Positions 55,578 through 64,000 of a DNA stretch of 64,000 nt are shown here, one piece after another. Source of the DNA: Tubiluchus corallicola. Its lineage: Eukaryota > Animalia > Priapulida. Each line of letters starts with the position of its first letter. Positions within the stretch are counted from its first letter, which is position 1. The notes under the pieces were generated by a model. The model saw only the letters and a list, made by a program, of their open reading frames with translations, did not search any database and was not told where the DNA came from. The stretch covers positions 1 through 64,000 of the forward strand of contig JAQGDQ010000783.1 of NCBI GenBank assembly GCA_030141605.1. The letters run 5' to 3'. The translations under genes and the position numbers were made by a program.

Positions 55578-57030
55578 ATGAAAGACGAAGACAATATCTA
55601 TACGAGAGAAATGTTGGACGATTTGCCAATGTCCAAGCTTCGAGAAATAGCTAGATCATTGGGTATGATCTCTTTGTCTAATAGGCGGGTAGTTCTTATT
55701 GACACAATATTAGAAATTCAGGCCCGGTGCCCTGTACCATCGGAATCCCAACAAGGAATGGTTTCGCCCGTCACTACACTGTTGTCAGCAGTACAACAGA
55801 CAGTCGAGAAAGCACAAGCTACGAAGTTAGCACTGCCCTCTCCCGACTTGAGTCCGCCACGTCTTACCTTGCACCAAACACCAGCAAAACAGCTTAGCGA
55901 TCCTAGCACACAAATAACTAGTAGTAATAAGACAGGCATGTATGATTTAACTGGGTTGCCCCTAGATGATAAAGTTAAATTAATTTTACGACTGGAGGAG
56001 CCCAGTGCGAGAGAAAGAGAGTTAGCGAGAGACAGAGAATGGCAGATGCGTGAATTAGGGAAAAGGGAACCTCAACAGGAACGAGAGAAAGAGAGGGAAA
56101 GAATGCAAGAAAGCAAAAGACATGGCAGAGTGTTACAAAGAGCACGTCTTTCATTAAATGCATCAAACACAAATGCACACTCTACATCTACTGAATCCAT
56201 ACAGCATATTAAACTCAAAGTGCGACCTTTTATGAAGGTAAATTTGAGTCGATCCTGGAATACTTGGCTTATTATGAGCGTTGTTGCCAGGTGAATGATA
56301 TACCAAGGTCACAGTGGTGTTGTTCTCTTGCCCCTCATCTCTCGGGTAAGTCTAGTTATGCCTTCCAACTTATTGAAGGGGATGATATTCGTTCTTATAC
56401 CAAAGTCAAGGAAGCCATTATTGCAGCTTATATGGTGACTCCTGAGAGTTACCACAGCGTTTAGGGACCTTTCTAAACGCAAAGATGAGACGTGTACGCA
56501 GACAGTGGAACGCCTCAGGCAGAGCCTACGGGACTGGGCAGATGCTATGTCGGTCACTAGTAAAGATCGGGCCCTTGATTTAATAGCCTTTCATGACAAT
56601 AATCCCTGCAATAATCGCTTTGTGGCTGAAGAAAATTTGCATCTAAAAACTTGACGAAGCCGCCCAAAAAGCTGAAGCTTATATTTCATCTCAGAATCCC
56701 AGAGCAACAACCTCTATTAAATTCTCTTCATCATCAGCAAACCGTAAACCTGATGTAACACCTGCAACACCCGAAGGAGGAACAGCACCAGCCAAAATGC
56801 AATGTTACCATTATGCCCAGCAGTGCCATTATGCCTCCTCTTACCCAAGAAAGAAGGCCCTCCTACTGAAAGGCCTTGAATAGTACCTAGTGTTAGAGAC
56901 AAACCGTCACACAAACAACTTTTGGTCCCATCCACTTTAGGTATGTCAGCTTTAGTCACTGCTGGAGCAGGAACCGAAGAGTGTGTGTCTGGTCAGCCAT
57001 ATTTTTGAGCCATCTTGGATGGAAAAGACG
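55578..57030 (+). mobile_element. Gypsy gag remnant, mirror copy
   Basis: Mirror of 34900-36351. Confidence 0.8.
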
Positions 57031-57167
57031 TCACCGGGTTGCATGACACTGCAGTCTCAAAGGTCATGTCAGTAAATGCTTTAGCTGCTATGATGTGAAC
57101 AGCAGGGCTAAAAGTGTGTGCTTGTGTTACTCAAATAACACAAAATATTTGATCTGCTTCATCAAAA

Positions 57168-58157
57168 CTATTGCGCTTTAAAACTAGTTTTCCTGTGATA
57201 TCTGTTCAAATCAATCTCTAAACATGTCTTATTGTTACTGTCCAAGAACCAGTGACTATGTTTTCTAGCTATAGTCACCTTCATGTCAATCCCAATAATC
57301 CAGTTGATATTAATCACAGCAGGATCAGGAGCAAAGTCTTTAGCACCCTGAGTAAAATAAACAAGACCATCTGCTACTTGATTGTAGGGGTAAAAATCGC
57401 ACTTTGCTTTTGCATAGCCTATTTTGCATAAATTATCTAAAACTCCCTGCTCGTATTTATGTCGAAAATCATTTTCCACTCTTTGTACCATCTCACCCCA
57501 AATATGGCGGGCACTAATGGTATTGTTGACGAACATAAAATTGACAGAAATGTTATAATTGTCAAGTCTTTCGCCAACAAGAGATCCTATCAAATCCACT
57601 CCACTGTGTTCTTCAAGCAGAGGTATAGGGTTTTTCAACCACACAGCATCTGTTTCAAAGATGTGAAAAGCAATTCCTTCCAACAGAAGTTCGTGAAGCA
57701 AATGTATTCGCTCTAGAATTATATATCTGTACCCAGTACTGTCAAATTCGTATTTCATTTTTAGTGGTTTTTGAGTTGTGTGTTTGTACACGTTCAAATT
57801 CGGCCAAAGACCCAGCAGAATCACACGTGTATCCTCATCTGTAGCAACTATAATAATCTGATCTAATATTCCCATCATTCTGATGTTACACAACCAGCTC
57901 AATGTTATATTTACGTATCATTGGTTAGCAATGGCAATATAAGGTATTTTGCCATTAGCAGTGATATTTTTGCACAAATCGATTAACTTTACCGGTTTCG
58001 TTGCCGCTTTGAGGCTTTCCATTTGCTTGGGAGGCAGCGGTCCTTTTCTGTGCATTAACCTACTCGTACTTAACATAATTGTTTCATCAAACAAAAAAAT
58101 AATGGCGACCACAAAAACTCCTAAGAGTAACTTAGATAAACGTCTGTGTCCCCTCAT
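57168..58157 (-). pseudogene. GT77-like transferase, mirror copy; TGA at 57920-57918
   Basis: Mirror ORFs; one S/L difference (GVDSIG vs GVDLIG). Confidence 0.83.
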
Positions 58158-58687
58158 TTCAGAACCGTATGTAAAACCGAGAAACCCTAAGCCACATACG
58201 GCTATGCGATGACAAATCTATATGTAACGTTCGCACACTTTTTCAAAAATTATCTTTCGCAACTTACAACAACTGCCAAAGCTCGCTAGCTTACGTTGGT
58301 TTTTTTTTCAAAAATATTGCAAAATTGAGCGTTTTTGTAGATTTGTTTATTTGCAGATGAAAAGTGGATAAAACAATAACATATTTAATACGCAGAAACA
58401 GGAACTGGAATATGCGAACAGAAATTGAAGTATAAAACAACAATATACACAAAAGTACCAGCTTAAAATGGACAGATCTATTGAAAGTAATTTCACTGTG
58501 ATGTGTTTGTGCGTGATTTATTTTCTATAGTGGTTGGACTTGCTAGTTTTTTACTTATTAAGAAAACGATTCATTAATGCTGATCATTTTATAAGACTAT
58601 TTATGTGAAAATAATGTTTTTAAGCGGCAGGACGGATAGAAGAAAGTTTGAAGTGCGCGATATTCCGAGGTCATTAGAAAGACAAAT

Positions 58688-59719
58688 ATGCGTATTTCAG
58701 TTACCGCTATGAAGACTCATTTGTGTCTCTTTTATCTCTGTTGTGCTGTAATACTTCTACTGTTATTGAAATCATCTTACTTTTTTGTTCGTTTTGCGAA
58801 TTTATTTTATGACAACGACGGAGTTACTAATTTACCAGCAAACGTAGAAGTGAATCCCTTTTCATTAATAAAATTTGACTTTCGTTTAACAATAACAGTT
58901 ATAGCTTTTAATTGAAACTATTCGCTCAGAAGATTGCTTTTGTCCCTTGAATCTGCTGATTACATGAATGTTACAGTTCTTCTTGAAATCTGGATTGACT
59001 GTCCTGTTGATGGTTTTGCTGATGAAAAGACTGTGCAGGTGGCACAGCAAGCAAAATGGACACATGGAAGAAAGACAGTCCATGTAAGAAGTGAGCATGC
59101 TGGTGCTTATACACAATGGTATGATACATGGACGCCAGATTTAGACAGAAGGGGCAAAGAATTTGGTCTTATCTTAGAAGATGATTGTGAAGTCTCTATA
59201 CACTATTATAAATGGTTGAAGGCTGCAATTTATATGTACAAGGATCTGGCGGATTTGGCCAGCATAACTTTGTACCGAGGTCGGCTTGTTGTCAAGCCTG
59301 GAGTGGATAGGGATGTTGTTTGTCCTACTTTTACAGACATTGTTTTTCTCTATCGACTTTTCAGCACGTGGGGTTGTGCACCAATGCCTTGGATTTGGGC
59401 AGAGTTTAGACAATGGTATCATACAGTGAAGCAAAATAAAACATTTCTACCTTTAGTACCTGGTGACAAAGATTTGGTAATAAATGGCTGGATGGAACAT
59501 TTTCATCCTAAAATCAAAATGAACGAAGCTTATTTTCTTCACTATACAGGAAAACATGAACTGTACACGCTCTACCCAAATTTGCCAAATAATGTTACGT
59601 TTGTATGCAATCACAGAGATATAGGAATTCATTTTATCAAAAGTTTTAAAGGTTTAGGAATGTGCACATACCCCTTAGTAAAAAAAGTGGTCAATCTCAT
59701 TTACTACGTTTCTCACTAA
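58688..59719 (+). pseudogene. At5g12260-like putative glycosyltransferase, mirror copy; TGA at 58913-58915
   Basis: Same translation as the left-arm copy. Confidence 0.8.
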
Positions 59720-60609
59720 TCCAGTCAAAGCCTACTGGGACGATTATCCCAACAAAGACATTTTCACACTCTAAGTTATGCAAATTAAAATGTGCTAACT
59801 TCAGGATAGTCCCAGCTATTAAGAGATGAATTGCGCAAAAATGAAGGAGGCATGAAACTTTATTGAAACACAAAAGTTCCTCAGACTATGCTCATTAAGG
59901 ACACTCTATTTTGGTCAAAATCTGAGATGGCCGCCAAAATAATAATGTCAATTTCTGTTGGCAAAAGTGCTATATAGGGCTTAGTGATGAATTTCAGGTT
60001 GGTACCAAACTTAAAAAACTATCTGAACTAAAATCTAAGATGGCGGCCAAGACAGTTCCCAGAATGAAAGCATCAATAACTCCAATATCCCTATAAATCA
60101 TTGCAAGTGTACTGTTAGTGGTTTTGGTGGATTGTGAGAAATTCAAAGTGGCAAAGGTCAATATTATAGCTATGCATAATTTCACGTTCTTATAATTCTT
60201 AGAAAATGGTTTCACTGACCACGGTTTTAATTTATGCATTACTTCATCTCTTAATGCTCCCCATTGTTACACCTCCCTAGAACATTACACAACACCTATC
60301 TCTTTAATGTTTAAATAACTATAAGTTTATTAGTTTTAGCGAAGACATTTTAAGATGTTTTTTTTTCTAATTTTGGTTTGTGGTTGTCATTCTCTTAATG
60401 GATCCATTTAATTTTGATAACTTCCTGCTATTTTATTATTCTACGTACGTGCAAAGTTTGATGATTTGTTGAAGTTTGTGAAAGTATATTTTAACTCTGT
60501 AATTTTTTTTCAAATTTTAACTTTTTTGCTGTAATATTTTCTCAACTGCTGTAAAGCGCTTTGAGACATATTGTGTAAGGTGCCTAATAAAAATATTTTT
60601 ATTATTATA

Positions 60610-60695
<86 letters not shown>

Positions 60696-62851
60696 TAATA
60701 TTATTATTATCATAATTATTATTATTTAACTGCAATACATGCAAACAACAACGTCATTGCTTTCTTCATAAATTTCTTTATTCTCTACTAATGTAATGAA
60801 CTTTACAGAAGTTTGCAAATTTTACAAGGCTCAAGTTCAAAGTGTTATGGAAATTCAGTTTCAATCTCAGGAAATGGTAAACAGTCGAGAAGCAAAATTA
60901 CAGAAGTGAGTCCAACTGAATAACAGACATAAATTATATATAGACTACACACGCCCACGCACGTGATCAATTAGTTGAAATTAATTAGGGATCTAAATAT
61001 ACTAAGTCGCCTGAGCCTTTAACAGATAACATTGACAGGAATGAAATCTCCATGTGCATCATTACAGGCACAAACGATGTAATGTCACAACGTCATAATT
61101 TTACAAGAGGTCAAGCTATTTATATATATCAAATGAAAGGTCTCAATGAGACAAACTGAATGATATAAGTTATGCCAAGATTGTTGACCTTTGACATGTG
61201 GGTGATGGGCTGCAAGGTTAAATGCTGAGGTTTCATTGTGAAATTCACTTTCCATGTATTAAAGAAATTCAATAAAACAAAATAAGTACTTTCAAAAAAG
61301 GCTGTCATCTCTTCATTTTTAAGGCTGAATTTTGCAACTATTGTTTGCAAAATCTTCAATTTCTATAAATATCATCTTCAACGTCAGAAACATTGTCAAC
61401 TAGTGTTATTTTTATTCGTTTTTACTGTTACTCTAGCCAACAGATGCATCCTAGCAGAGACAGATTCCAGGATCTTCCCAAGAGAAGATAACTTCATCAG
61501 CAGGTATAGTTTTCAATACGGGTTTCAACCGACTATGATCAAGAACAAAAGCTAAGCAATCAGTCTAGCAATATGCATAACTTTCATTAGTTTACATTTA
61601 TGACAGCTTTTAAACCTATTTGCTGCCTGTTTCGTGACTTTGTAATTTTCTTCTTCTTTTTTTGAACACATGCCTTCAGAAATTTTGTGAGGCTATAAAG
61701 CTTCTCAATGCAAAGTGGTGCATGATTAGCGCATACCTCTGACAGAGATCAGTGGCAGAGAAAATGCTATTCTTCTGCTATCCAATCAACACACCCTATC
61801 AGAACGAGATCCAATTCTTAAAATATTTCTTTTTTTTAATAAAACACATGTTGTTATAAGTTTTGGAATGCCATTGAGTTTCTAGATGTGAAGTAGTGCT
61901 GGATTTCATTTACATTCTATCAGAGAGCAGTAGAGTAGTAACTGCTAATAGTGAATTTATTTTCTATTTTCTCTCCTTCTCGCCAATCAACACACCCTAT
62001 CAGAGCCAGATCTATTTCCAGAACCTTACCATGAGAAACTACAGAAACTGCAAGTCAACCACAGGCACAATTTTAGACATGCTTATGACATGAACATGGT
62101 CAACAGCTCAATTACAAACTGGCAAAATGCATTGTTTGCATTAGTTTACTTCTGCCCAAGATTTGAAAAGTTAGGGCTCCATTTTTCATTTCAGACTTTT
62201 TATCCTATTGTCACTCATTTTATCACATTGGAAAACTTTAGTTTTTTTAAAAACAGGCATGAAAATGAAGGAAAAAGCATTTTTGTACGATGGTCTACTA
62301 GCAATAAAGCTAAAAACAAACAAAAAAGTAAACTCAGGAAAACATTAGGAACTTAAAATATATAGTTGCAGGAATCACAATATGAACACTGTACAGTAGA
62401 TAAGTAAGCCCTTACTGTACAGTACTGCGCCACAGGCGGATGTGATATTTTATTTGCTTCTCTTACGAAAACACTATAATTATAGGTTGGCAAGCACGAA
62501 AATTGTAGTTTTTCTATCGCCGAGCATGGTGTGCAATTGCATTTTCATATTTAACAAATCGTAAAAAAAGAGAAAAATAGCTTCGATAAAACCCGAAAAT
62601 TCAAAACAAATGTTTTTAATAATATGGGGTTTTTTACTACATAAATGCTTTTGAAAATGCTTTTGATCCCGCAGTTAGCCTGTAAATACCCTGCACAACG
62701 CCAAGCGACAAAAACGTTTATTTAATATGCTAGTATGTGTTAGGAAAAGTTAACAGGAGAGTACAGGTCAGTAGTGATACAAACTTTGAGTGTGCGCGTA
62801 TAATAAGCAATCGTTGATCCACTGTAAAGAATTATACCTGCAAATTAAAGG

Positions 62852-63934
62852 ATGCGGACAAACATCATATCTGTTATTTTCTCTTTCAGATATTATAAAA
62901 GAAGAGCATACTTTTATATTGGATTATGTCTTGCTGTTTTATTTCTTAATGCACAACGAAATATTTTGCAATTTAGCCTTGATAACTGCTATTCTAATGA
63001 AGTAAATTCTGTTAATTATGGTAGAGATGTGAAGAACTTTTTGTTTTCGTCTTCTATACAATTAAACAAGAGTGATATTTACTGTGGACAAGCCTGTGAT
63101 ATCAACAGTCAACATTTTCAACAGTCGCCTGGATTAGACTATCCAATGTTACATAAACACTTTGACTGTCTTTCTCTTATGCAGCGTTTGTATTTAGAGA
63201 AACCAGCTGACCAATGGCCTCCTCCACGTGCGCCACCAAGTGAATTATTTGATGAATTTACAATGTATGGAAAAATGCCATTACTTTTACAGGAACGATG
63301 GTACTTTGCTTCCAACTATGCAAAAACTAGAAAAGAACTGTTTACACCGGAGTTAATGTCACAGTTGCAAAAAACTGCATCAGATGGAAAGAACATTTCA
63401 GTTTATGGCATTCACGCAATGCAAGTCGTAGATGAAGCTTTAGATATGTACAGAGAAAAGATTGAAGGTAAACATGGTTTTGTTATTGGCACAGAATATC
63501 CATGGATTGAAGCTTTACTGCTTAATAGAAACGTTGGTCACATCACAACAATGGATTACAGTGATCTTGTGTCAAACCACAGTAAAATATCAACAATTTT
63601 GCCTCAAAACCTATCAAAGCAATATCTTCAACATCCGAGACCATTATTTGATTTTGGAATCAGCTATTCTTCAATAGAACACAGTGGACTTGGGCGCTAT
63701 GGTGACTCATTGAATCCAAGTGGAGATCTTGAAGCAATGGCTCAGGCCTGGTGCTTAGTTAAACCAGGAGGTTATTTCTTTCTAAATGTAGAAACAGATC
63801 ATGGTAGAAGCTACTTAGCATGGAATGCACACAGAGTTTATGGAAATGAAAGACTAAAGCACCTCACTGCAAACTGGAATGTTTCAACAGTTTTATACAA
63901 AAAAAGGCAAATTCTGAGAATAATGAAAAAGTAG
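62852..63934 (+). CDS. DUF268-family protein, mirror copy
   Basis: Identical translation to 27994-29076; one synonymous difference noticed. Confidence 0.88.
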   Translation: MRTNIISVIFSFRYYKRRAYFYIGLCLAVLFLNAQRNILQFSLDNCYSNEVNSVNYGRDVKNFLFSSSIQLNKSDIYCGQACDINSQHFQQSPGLDYPMLHKHFDCLSLMQRLYLEKPADQWPPPRAPPSELFDEFTMYGKMPLLLQERWYFASNYAKTRKELFTPELMSQLQKTASDGKNISVYGIHAMQVVDEALDMYREKIEGKHGFVIGTEYPWIEALLLNRNVGHITTMDYSDLVSNHSKISTILPQNLSKQYLQHPRPLFDFGISYSSIEHSGLGRYGDSLNPSGDLEAMAQAWCLVKPGGYFFLNVETDHGRSYLAWNAHRVYGNERLKHLTANWNVSTVLYKKRQILRIMKK

Positions 63935-64000
63935 CCCAGTCTAAAACAGTTGTACCAGAGCTAAAAGAATAGTTACAGCTTAAAAAGGTCAACAAATGCA

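Larger units (their letters stand above)
47495..64000 (-). repeat. Right arm of giant inverted duplication
   Basis: Starts cact|aattttactag (47495). Base 64000 pairs with 27928. Confidence 0.98.

Overview
AT-rich animal genomic DNA, probably from an invertebrate, with spliceosomal introns, LINE/LTR/MITE debris and microsatellites. Two things dominate. (1) Every non-transposon gene I can recognise encodes a glycan-building or glycan-decorating enzyme, or an orphan family that plausibly is one. The eight genes come from eight different families: a GT8 glucoside xylosyltransferase (GXYLT-like), a CHST-type sulfotransferase, a DUF268 methyltransferase-fold protein, a plant At5g12260-like GT-A protein, a GT77 nucleotide-diphospho-sugar transferase, a galactose-3-O-sulfotransferase, a DUF1647 protein and a GT11 alpha-1,2-fucosyltransferase. 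This looks like an animal glycan biosynthetic gene cluster. (2) Five of these genes lie in a giant, near-perfect inverted duplication. The arms are 27928-44432 and 47495-64000 (at least 16.5 kb, running off the window), and the 3062-bp unique spacer is centred on the fucosyltransferase. Several cluster genes are disabled: three by an in-frame TGA and two by frameshifts. Family assignments come from remembered motifs, not database searches.
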